NCBI GenBank assembly: GCA_012295275.1 | Contig: CM022665.1 | Coordinates: 32,178,001 to 32,242,000 of the forward strand | Length of the DNA stretch: 64,000 bases | Direction of reading: 5' to 3' | Origin: Chrysomallon squamiferum | Lineage: Eukaryota > Animalia > Mollusca | Part shown: positions 53,220 to 64,000 of the stretch, one piece after another | Layout: each line of letters starts with the position of its first letter | Numbering within the stretch: position 1 is the first letter of the stretch | Translations under genes and position numbers: made by a program | Notes under the pieces: generated by a model | What the model was told of the DNA's origin: nothing | The model's input: only the letters and a program-made list of their open reading frames with translations | The model's database searches: none

Positions 53220-56200
53220 TCATGATTGTACAGATTGGTCAGATGGTTTTGCTAGTTCGTACATTATGTTAGATTTTCTGGTTGTATCTATTATATCACT
53301 GACACTGTTTGAATTAACGTACACTGCCTCTTCTTCGTTGTGGTTGTTTGACAGAGAGTCGGCACATGTTTGCGACTGAGAATCACTGACCTTTTCTGCA
53401 TCTAAGCTATCACAATCCTCAGGCCTTTCCATGTCAGTTGAACTATCCACACCAGGCCTGGAGTGGTTTTTATCGGCCTTTTTATTCCCCTTTTTGACAA
53501 AAAATCCCAACTTGGAATATCCAGGAGGTGGCTGTTCTTTGCTCTTTCTGTTGTATGCTAATTTGTCATATGTATCCTGTGTTTCTGTAAAACACTCTTT
53601 CTTCATTGCTCGTTTGTTCTTTTTGATGTCCTCAACAGACACATATTCGTCTTCAACCACAGCGTCTACGTCTTCGGGCGCGTCCTCCACTTCAGCAGAG
53701 CCCTGCTTTCTCAAGTACTTATTTCTACGAACCTGCTCTGGAGTCATGTATACGTCTTCAAACCCGTCATTATCCACAGACAGAGAATTTTCTTCTGTTG
53801 CTGGCATGTCATTGTTCACGGTGCTACCTGGCCTGTCGAACACGCTGGTCTTAAACTCCCACGGGACGGCATACGAATTGCTCACGGAGGTAATTTCTTC
53901 TACAGTGGAATACGTGACGTCCTGCCTGGGACCGAAGAGTTCCTCATCCGCATCTGCGTAGATGTGAATTTCATTTTGGTTCTGGTTCTCCACTGTTGCA
54001 GGTTTCTCATCTTTTTTAGACTTCCTTCTGAAATAGTGAAATGTCTTGTTTGTTTCTTTTTTCTTTTAAGAACTTAAAAATCAGTTTTATTAGCTGTTGT
54101 GTCACAGTTAATATTTTGTTGTTGTTGTTGTCACATTTATTTTACATGTATACAGTGTGCTTGTGTATTATATATAATGGGGTTATTTCCAGTAATTACC
54201 TGACAAGCCATAAGATAACCAGGGCAACGACAGCCACAGCAACAAAACCCAACACGGTTCCTATGGCAATTCCAGCTGGTGATGCTTTACCTGCAGTGTA
54301 ATATATAAGAAAGTTAAAGAAGGTAATGATTTCCTAAAAACCAAAGAAATAAAAATATATATTATTTTAACCATTATTTTAAAACAATTGCTTTTAAATA
54401 GGGCATTGGATAAAATGAGTACATTGGCCCGTTTGAATGACATGTAATAACTCTTAATATATAAAGGTACTGATGTTTCATTAAACAAATATTTATTCAT
54501 CATCATGTTTTGTCGTTTGCGTCAGATAAACTTACTTGAAGATTTGTTAGGAGTCACTCTTTGATTGTGTGTCTTGTTTACAGCGACGTGTGGTGATTCG
54601 TCATTGTTCTGAACCCCATCGACTGAAATAATTTAAATTATGTTATATTATATTAAACCAACAACATCATTTTTTTTTTTTTAAATACAAAAACCCCACC
54701 CCACATAACTAATCAAACAACAATAATAATGAGTAACGTTAATAACAGTTACATCATCATTACATCGTCAGCAAGAAATAAACTAAAACTAAAATTAAAA
54801 CTACTATTACCAGTAATAAAGTAAAAAAATAGCATTAATTCATTTAGTTGTAAATTTACGAGTAGGCCTTGAAATGTAAGTGTATAATAACAAATCATAA
54901 AAATATTAGGAAATATCTCGATCAGTAACCAAATTTTCAGTCAGTACAATAAACAGAATTTCTTTAATAAGATTGCTGTAATTAAACTGAAATAAGTAGG
55001 GAGTAAGCAACTGTCTGATTAAACTAATAATGAATTAAATCATCAACTGACCTGGTTCATTCGGTTCTGGTGGATTATTTCTCTTGCAGCTCAGAATAAT
55101 TTCTTCATCGAAACTTGCTGGGGAAATAAAAAGAAGTGATTTTTTGATTCCCGTTTAGAAACAATTCGCTGTCGCATAAAATTCCAGTGGTTCGAGATGG
55201 ACACACTCCTATAAAGTGTATGCTTACCGCTTCATTTTACTTAAGGTAGTTCGGCGGGGAGTGTTACGTTTGTGAGTGTCTGGTTGTTGTTGTATTTTTT
55301 TTGGGGGGGAGGGGGTTCGTTTAAGGTTTTTTTTTTTTCCCCGCAAAAGACTGATCCAGCGCTGGTAGGATTGGCTCCCTAAAATGTGGGAAACAACGTC
55401 ATTGCTTTGACATTCCCTGCTCATGTAAGCAGTTTAGCATTCCATGGGACTATCCCAGGTAGAGGGGATGGGGACACTAAACTGTTCTTCAACGCAAAGA
55501 GGAACTGACATATATATATAATAAATAATTTTTATATGCAATACCTTCAAATCCTATCCAAACAAAATCCGGGCTGTGTTTACCCAGTGTCAGCGTTGCC
55601 ATGGAATCACCAGTAGAATTCAGGATCGAAACGAACGGGTACAAGAACCAAGAATCGCCTTTACTAGTTTGACACGTGACATTCTGTGATTCTCCGCCTG
55701 ACGCCATGAAAAGTTTCGTATCAGAGCACATCGAACCAGAAGTTAGACGAAGATCAACGGCGAAGGAGGAGATGAAATTCGTCTTTCTTCTCCACTGCTG
55801 AGAACGTGCAGTGCATGTGCAAGATGTGTTTGTCAACGGAGATGAATAGTCGCGTGGATTAAAAATAGCAAATAAAGTTCTTCCTTTAATGGTGTGTTCC
55901 TGCTGACTGCATATCTGTGCTGTGAAAGTATCTGGAACAATACACCAAGATAATTTTACGTTTGAAGAGAATGAAATAAAAGATTAAAAAAGGTTTTCTA
56001 TACTACTACTACTACTACTACTAATAATTGCAAATACACACGTTCTTTATAATATATTCATTACACTGCATATGTATTCGTTTATATACTACCATATGTT
56101 TGTGTATCTTATATACATGCTAGTATACAATATTAAGCCTCGAAAAAGTTAACATCGTGGAAATGTATTACTTTTGTGTTGAGTCAGCTAACTTTTTTGA

Positions 56201-57217
56201 TAGATGTCACTAATATGATTAATACAAAGATATCTATCAAAATAAATATAATCTCATTTATAACGTTTTATTTTAACTTTCTGAATTACCATTGATGTCG
56301 TGTAGTTTGTCATCATTTGTGTTTTGTGTTGTATTTTTTGTACACTTGCGGTGCAATCATAAGTACATACCATTAATGCAAACATAATCAATGAGAGAAT
56401 AGCTGGATGCATTTCTGTGTTCTGCAGAAGAACAAGCCGACGACGCTGGCTGCTGCAGATCCATTTCAACTGAACACATAACATTACCAGAACAGTTGGT
56501 GTGGAAACTATTCAAGTGATCCAGTGGGTATGGGAACAAGCAGTCCCTGCCTCCCACCATTTCACAACATATTTCTCGTTTGGGATCAGAACATTCCATG
56601 CTGACAGGGCAGACGGAGTTCAGTTCGTGCACGCCATAGAGAGCCTCTCTGATGGCGATTCGATGTCTTCGAGGACAGTGTAGCTGCAGAATTGAGCAAT
56701 GGTCATTGCACACTGATTTCTGCTTCTCAACAATGGCGCTGTCGGTTACTGAAATATAACAATACTCGGTCCGAATCATTTTTGAAGTAAATAATAATAA
56801 GAAGAAGAAAATGAAAAAGAACAACAATGATAAAAGTGACAACAACAATAACAACAAAACGAAACAAATAAAAGTAAAAGTGGAACAATAGCAACAACAA
56901 ATAAATCAGTGTATGAAACTAATTTGAACAGTCCTGAAGTATGTGAGCTTGGAAATGAAACAAAACAAAACAAATAATAAAAATCCTTAATTAAAATGAA
57001 TGGTTGATTAATCTTCCCAAAACAGTAAAGAGAAAAAACAAATAACTACATGAATAATAAGAAATATAACAAATACCAAACTAATAAAGACAACGACGAT
57101 GCAACAGTTTACAAAAGTGATATTTAATAAATGCTGTTATAAACAGATTTTATAAAAGTTTTCAATTTAGTACAAACCTGATAAGAATAAGAACAAACAA
57201 TATAATCCAATAAACAT
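53220..57217 (-). CDS. Type-I membrane receptor: signal peptide, SUEL/rhamnose-lectin-like Cys domain, CUB-like domain, TM, long Tyr-motif cytoplasmic tail (~618 aa)
   Basis: Exons 57217-57178, 56748-56371, 55931-55545, 55117(or 55208)-55052, 54622-54536, 54290-54200, 54027-53220, all phase-consistent. LQLHCP...IAIREALYG...NCSGNVMCSV...SYSLIDYVC resembles SUEL. SCTCTA...FVWIGFEAS...LSC resembles mollusc CUB-like domains. TM GIAIGTVLGFVAVAVVALVILWLV is followed by RRKSKK. Confidence 0.82.
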
Positions 57218-58596
57218 GTTTTACGTACATCCCTATAATCGAGAAATATTCATTCAAAAACTGATAATGATCAGTACTTCAGTTATTGGCAAGTCACATA
57301 TGTCTTTCATTCATCGGTAATTGGGAGAGTCGATAATTCGAGGTTCACGTAAAACTGATGACCTGTTTAATTAATAATCAATCACTTTAATTAGTGTGTC
57401 ATTTCACCAGGCAGGAAGCATTCGTCATTTTGAACATATAGATTTGCGATAACGCGAAACCTCAGCGCCTTCAGCTACATCTGTTTGTCGCTCGACATGG
57501 ACCATGATTCACACTTACAGAGGTTTTATTAATGTATTTAGAAACTGTGCTGAAATTATCTGAAATGTAAATCATTTATTAATATATTACAAGTTTAATT
57601 ATTTACTTCAATACTATTTTCATTTTCCATTGATAATAACTACAGTTATAACTCAAACTGATGTCAGTTTATTAATTTATTGCTCAAATATTTCTATTAT
57701 TTTTTTTAATTACATCAACAGTAACTGCAGCTGCTGAGCACATCTGGGACTTAATATACAAACCGAATGGCAGTAAAACTGAAATGCTGTTTCGAATGCC
57801 AAACCTATCAGTTAACCTTTTGTTTACATATACATACGTTTAAAGTCCTTATGTTTAGCGCACACATATCAAGGAGCCGAAGTTATTTACCAAAAACATC
57901 ATTTAATATATTACAGATTAGTTAGATAGAAATAGTCTTACACCTCTGTATTAAATGTTACCATATTTTAGGCTGAACTATTATTTTAAAGAATATTTAA
58001 AAAAAAAAAAAAAAAAAAAAATCGAACTGAAACAAGTATAAATTTAACCGCATTTAACATCAAAATTATTCTTGGTCTTAAGATTTCGTCTCTTGAACTA
58101 TAAGCATCAGCTTCGATCAGCCGATATTTGAGATTTCTCATAAGAAGTTTGTAAACGATCTAAACCTATCAGATTTTGAACTTCATTAAGGTGAAAGCGC
58201 GTAACAACGTCAGACACAAGTACATTTTCCGTCATCAAACTGAATCATATGCATGATTTTCTGAAGAAGGAAAAATTATTATGTCTGTTTTTCAAAAAAC
58301 TGATAAAAAAACTCACGAAATAAAATTATTCTAAAGGGGACAAAATATGTCGCCAGTTAACTATACGTCCGACTAATGCGGTATTATAACTACTAACTTA
58401 TTTATTTTAAGTAAAATCTTTTATTTTATTGTGTACATATGACTTCAGGTCATTTTGCACATAACAGGTACCTAATCACAGAAATTCGCTCCAGGGATAT
58501 AAACAACATCTGCACCAGCAACAAAAATCAACACGAACAGCAGTAAACACACTAAGACACAAATACGATATATAAAAATAAGATGTTATTAAATAA

Positions 58597-58597
<1 letters not shown>

Positions 58598-58655
<58 letters not shown>

Positions 58656-58700
58656 TGATGATGATGATGATAACAATGATGATGGTGATAATGACGACAA
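58598..58700. repeat. (AAT)n-(GAT)n microsatellite
   Basis: Directly visible. Confidence 0.95.
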
Positions 58701-59618
58701 TAACAATGAAGACGCGTGTGTGTGTGTGCGTGTGTGTGCGATGTGTACATCTCTAGATAGAAAAACAATTGTATTGATCAATATTATTATTTTTAAATAA
58801 AAATCAGTCGTAATCATAGTTAAAACATAACCAGATTTTAATACTTTGATCTGTTTAGTATTTGGTCAACACTGTTGCCTTTGTTATTTCCTTCTTGTTA
58901 ATACATTTTTTCTTAAATGCATGTTGGATAGGTAAGAATACGTCTCTTCCACGTTTTGAAACGGTAGGTCATCATACAGAATATGTCCACAATTTGTGAG
59001 GTGCAAAAAAAAAAAAAAGAAAAAAAAAAGTATCAAATAATTTTAACAATAATGTATTATGTATATTTAAACTGAATATTTTGATACTTTATTTTCAAAC
59101 AATTTATACTGAATAAAATGCAAATTACTAGATCAGTGCAATATCTGATTGCTTTTTTATATTGATACAATGGTTAGTTCAAAATTATAATGACATATTA
59201 CCATATCGCAATTCCTTGTTGCATTGCAAGTATATGTGCGTGTGGGATCATCACTCAGTGTCACAGCGTCTAACAACAACAATAAACAATTAAATGGTGA
59301 GATTCGTCTCTTAGATTTTTAACTTTATATAATTTTGTCAATTTCTTTCTTGCTTGCTTGCTTTCTTTTTTCATTTTTTAGGTACATTTGATTCTTGCAA
59401 ATCAGTAGGTTTGTTGATTTAACACAAAGGGAGGATGGAATAAATTATTAAATATGCATATCCGATATCGAGTTTAAAATGCATGACACCTGTCAAAGGT
59501 AGGTAACTCTTGTTTTAAAATGATTTTGTAACCATTGCTGAAAAATACGTACCGCTTTACGATTTAAGAAAGTAAATGTAACAGACGACAACAAATCAGT
59601 GTATAAACAAACGTCAAA

Positions 59619-62600
59619 ATGGCTACTCCTAATTTGCCTCAACTTCCTGCAAAGTTAAAACCAATTCAGCATTACCTGAAAACTGCCGTTGAACATGACA
59701 AACGAGATCCAGTTATTGCATATTACTGTGAGTTTTGTAAAACCGATCTAAACAGAATAAGTTTTGTTTACATCTTGAATTAGACTTCCTATTAACGAAC
59801 TTCTTAATCGTAATGTCAGTCACTGAAGAGCAGTGAAGTGAATGTTCGTTGTTCATGATTATGATTCATAATCTGCTGATATACTGTTTTCCGTAATTTC
59901 ATAATTTTTTCCAACTATATATTTTAAGACTGAATTTAAATAAATAAAGAATTAATTACATATTTATTTATTAACTTACTCGTCGTTTATTGATACAAAT
60001 AGAAATATAAAGAAAAAAAAATTAAAAATTAAAAATATTCTTAGAAGTCGTTATTCAATATGTCCGATTATGAGACTTTATATGAATTGTGATTTTTATG
60101 CATGTTTATATATTTATAAATTCTTGTTTTTTTTTTTTTTTTTTTGCCATAAACAATGTAAGATTCTGCTATAGCAGTAAAAAAAAACAACTCGGTAATG
60201 TTCTTAACGTTTATTATTTTCTCGTTGTTTAATTTACACTGTTACAGGCCGGCTGTATGCTATGCAGCGTGGAATGGAGATTGACAAAAAGTCACCAGAT
60301 TGTAGAACTTACTTAGTGACATTGATGGATTATTTGGAAAAGGTACATTTATTTCTCAAAATAAGTACTAAGTAAACAATATAAATAATTGTTCATTTTG
60401 ATTACAGTTCCAGTGGATCTTTATGAGTTGTTTTCATGTATTATCTCTTGCATGTCTTAATTTAATTTGCATCATACTGCATCACATTTTCTGAAGGTAA
60501 TAAATTGAATAAATTACCTTTGCGTCTATTTGTCAGTTTTGAAAGAACTTACATCTTTTTAGTTTAAAAAAAAGAAAAAAAAAAAGAAATTGGTATTTCA
60601 TTCCAACCCCCTATATTTTTTTTATTTTACATATTATATAATTATTCATATCAATTCAGATAAGAAAATAAATTTGGAACAAAAACTGATGTTAACTATT
60701 ATTTTACCCAAGTTATTAAACCAGTAATGTATTACATATATTTTTGTGTGTGTGTATATATTATTATTATTATTATTACAGGTACCAAACCATTTATCTG
60801 ACAAGATGAGGTTGTCCAGATTTCTGAATACAAGCCAAATATATACTCAAAAATATAAAATAAACAATGAATAATAAAGAAATAAATTGTGTAATAGATA
60901 CAAATTAATACACTCTTAAAGCAGTTAATCTGTTAAAATTTGTTAAATACCTGTATTACCAAGCTGTAACATACCCAGACTGAACTGGGGCATTTTTTAT
61001 TTTAAAATGGGCAGTATTCACAAGGTCTCTTATGTTATATTTTTTTACCCAGAAATTTACAGACATATTAACATTCCCATATAATTATAAAGTGCCTTTC
61101 AGATGTGAACCATATGACAATTTTTTTGCTAAATAAATGACTAATTATTATATGGGAATAGTGCAAAAACAAGTAGGTCCAGATCAGACTGCACTTTATG
61201 GGTTAAAGGTGCTTGTAAAAATTGTAATGGTGGTGGTGGTCAGTCAGAGGCCCATATTGTCTTATATGGTTACCATATATACTTGTGTACAAGGTGACCT
61301 TATGTATAAGTTGATGTGTATTTTAAGACCAAAAATTGCGTCATTTTAGGTATTACTTGTGTATAAGTCGACTGTAGATTCCAGGCACCGTCACTATTTT
61401 TAGACCAGTGTGACAGTGCCATGAAGGCCAACATTGTACGCCTACTGTAACATAACTTGAACGAGCTGTAACTTGCACGAACATACCATAATAACGTAAA
61501 TGCATGTATTACACGAGCTATAGCCTAAATGTATCATAAATAGTATCTCTTTAATGTAATAGGTCTAACATGGAGACCTAACTTACCGTTACATTTAGCC
61601 GTTCTATGATTTACAAAATTTGTCGGTAGTGGATATTAATGACGATTGCAATATTATTTCACCAAATTTTTTACAATTAAACAAGTGAGTTTTGTTTATG
61701 AAATTAGGACCGATATTTAGTGCAATTTGGCAGAGAAGTCTGCATTCCTAGATCATTGCAAGACACCGTAAGGCATAACGCCGTACTGACGGTTTTCTCA
61801 CTTTAAAATGTATTTTTATGTCATTAAACGGAAGAATATCATGTTTTACATTCATATTTGGTTTTGTTATTTAATTTTTCAAAAAATTTTATACGATAAA
61901 ATTATATTTTTGAAAAGCTGAAAGACCGCGATTATTTTAGATGCATCCCGTAGCAAAAAATAGTCAAAATGGCGACTCTTCAGCAACAGCTACAAAAGCA
62001 TTACCTATGTATAAGTCGACCCCCAAAATATTACCTTAATATAGTCTCCCAAAAATTCGACTTATACACAAGTATATATGGTATATTGAACAGAATTCTT
62101 TTGTGAATACCTGTTGTGTATAACTATAAGGATAACCTTGAGGTCTATTCAGTTAATGCCTATTACTATTAGTTTCAAATTAATGATGTGTCATGATTGC
62201 CTGACAAATTTGAGATGACAATAATTGGTTGCCCAATGATTAGCTTTGTTAATACATTTATTTGTTGACAAATTTGAAAAATTGGCAGATGCTCTAAATA
62301 AATGTATTCATCTGTTGAGAAACTGGGAAAATAGAGAATCAGCAGGTAACACTATTTGTTTCATGATTCATAAGATGTTTTGCATAGGAGAAACAATATA
62401 CAGATACTGGACCAATTATCTGGTGTTCTGAAATCAGGAAGGACCAGAAAACTGGAAGTTTTTTCCAATGCTGTTTTCATAGTTCATGCACATGGGTGTT
62501 GTCTTCACCAGACCAGAACTACTCTTTCAAGCCATGTGGCGTTCATTGACTCATCACATTGTTTATGTGTCAAGTCGCCACAGTTGTGTATCGTCAATTT

Positions 62601-63971
62601 TCTTTATGTTTTTAATTTTAAAATGTTTATGCTTAATTATTTACGTATTTAGATGCCTTGGTACCAGAAAACCAGAAAATCCGGAATACCTCAGGCCCCA
62701 AGGAGTCCAGATAATTTGTCTGATACCTGTAGTTAGTTTAAAAAAATGGCCTGTTTTCTGTATTTTCTCAATTTAGGTAAGCCAGATAAATGGTTCAGTA
62801 CCTGTATTATTATTAAAATCTGAACCATTTAACTGGACATATAGTACTTTTTCCTTCAAATGTAAATGCAGTCATAACAAATATATTAATCTTATTAATA
62901 ATTATGTATTTATTAAACAGGTTAAAAGTTCTACAACAGAGGAGGCTATACAGAATGAGGTGGTGGGTCAAGCCCATGTTGAAGATTATGCACTTAAAGT
63001 GTTTCTCTTTGCTGACAATGAAGACAGAGCTGCCAGATTTAACAAGTAATATCTCTTTTTAAATAAAATTTATGCAAAAGAAACTGGAAAAATTAAAGTA
63101 AATTTTTATAATAAAAAAACTTCAGAGCAGTGCTTCTTAAATTTGTGAATGGTTCACATAAAGGTGAGTGAAATTATTTTGGCATGAGTGAATACAGAGG
63201 GAGCGTAAGATGAAACTTAATAAATTACATGTGGAAATTTAGTTGTGGTTGTGAATGAATGAAATTTTGTGATAAAGACTTGATTGTGTATGACACTGAA
63301 GTAGTTTATTTACTTAGAACATTGTTGAATTAGTGACTAGGAAGCTGAATATAATATTTAATAGAATGAATCTGTTGTTGATAGTAAAATTTTATTATTG
63401 CAAAAAACCCAAAATGTGATAAGAAAGATTTAATATTGTCATACATATTATTATGTTATATTTTCAGGAATGTTGTGAAGTCATTTTATACAGCAGGAAT
63501 GTTGTTTGATGTGTTGACTGTGTTTGGAGATCTGTCAGAAGATGTTAGTATTTAATTAATAATATGTGCTTAAATTACCTTTTAAATAGCTTTAAAACTT
63601 ATTAATATATATAATTTGTAAATTAGATTTTTTATGAGAAATCAAACAATAATTAAGCTGGTGAAGTTTAGATATTTGTAATTTTCTAATCCTGTCTTTA
63701 ACATCTTAAGACTAGTATTTTAAATTCATCTTCAAAATATGTATTGCATAAATGTGTTATTTATAATAACACCTTATTAATTCGAAAAATATGAATGTAA
63801 ATATAAAAAACAGTTTACATCTGTGAAATAAAGAAAATAATTATATGCATTTATTTCTGTAGCTAGAGAAGAGTAGAAAATATGCTAAGTGGAAAGCAGC
63901 TTATATACACAGGTGTTTGAAGAATGGTGAAACACCAGTTCCTGGTCCTCTACCTGAAGGAACAGAAGCAG
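59619..63971 (+). CDS. VTA1: Vacuolar protein sorting-associated protein VTA1 (LIP5), 3'-incomplete
   Basis: Exons 59619-59727, 60248-60342, 62921-63045, 63468-63543, 63863-63971. MATPNLPQLPAKLKPIQHYLKTAVEHDKRDPVIAYYCRLYAMQRG...FADNEDRA...KSFYTAG...KYAKWKAAYIHRCLKNGETPVPGP matches the tandem MIT region of Vta1. Confidence 0.95.
60779..62804. mobile_element. TIR element (pogo/Tigger-like MITE) in VTA1 intron 2, carrying a nested element
   Basis: Left CAGGTACCAAACCATTTATCTG versus right reverse complement CAGGTACTGAACCATTTATCTG (20/22). Flanks TATTATTA on both sides, so the TSD is TA or 8 bp (ambiguous). Confidence 0.75.
61273..62081. mobile_element. Tc2-like TcMar MITE nested in the 60779-62804 element
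   Basis: TA|CCATATATACTTGTGTA ... TACACAAGTATATATGG|TA, with internal repeats of TGTATAAGTCGA. Confidence 0.8.
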
Positions 63972-64000
63972 GTTTTTATCCTTTGATCTGTATAATTTTA

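Noticed and set aside
53431-53961. 176-aa plus-strand ORF, and similar antisense ORFs at 679-921, 15117-15371 and 41879-42487
   Set aside because: Antisense shadows of real coding exons.
63972-63985. TTATCCTTT near the VTA1 exon-5 donor as a U12 site
   Set aside because: It does not begin with GT/AT at the junction; the plain GT donor at 63972 fits the frame.

Overview
AT-rich eukaryotic genomic DNA with spliceosomal GT-AG introns, microsatellites and TE relics. A mollusc, probably a gastropod, is inferred from the SINE type and the receptor family; this is not verified. By reading splice sites and phases I reconstruct seven genes. (1) A 5'-incomplete uncharacterised membrane protein (+, 703-6425). 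(2) PM20D2/ACY1L2 M20 peptidase (-). (3) CHMP1B (ESCRT-III, -), whose first intron is U12-type. (4) URB1/Npa1 (+, 34 exons, ~2283 aa), head-to-head with CHMP1B. (5) An orphan secreted precursor with a furin site (-). (6) A SUEL-lectin/CUB-like type-I receptor with a tyrosine-motif-rich tail (-). (7) The 5' part of VTA1/LIP5 (+). Mobile DNA includes a near full-length but disabled Tc1 (DD34E), a hAT-type MITE with a palindromic 8-bp TSD, nested TcMar-type MITEs in VTA1, a 1.9-kb TIR element in URB1, and SINE/LINE/DIRS-like relics. The most notable items are the linkage of two interacting ESCRT genes, the minor intron, the ITIM-bearing lectin receptor and the coiled-coil/TM/TIR-like orphan. No database searches could be run, so family calls for the orphans are inference.
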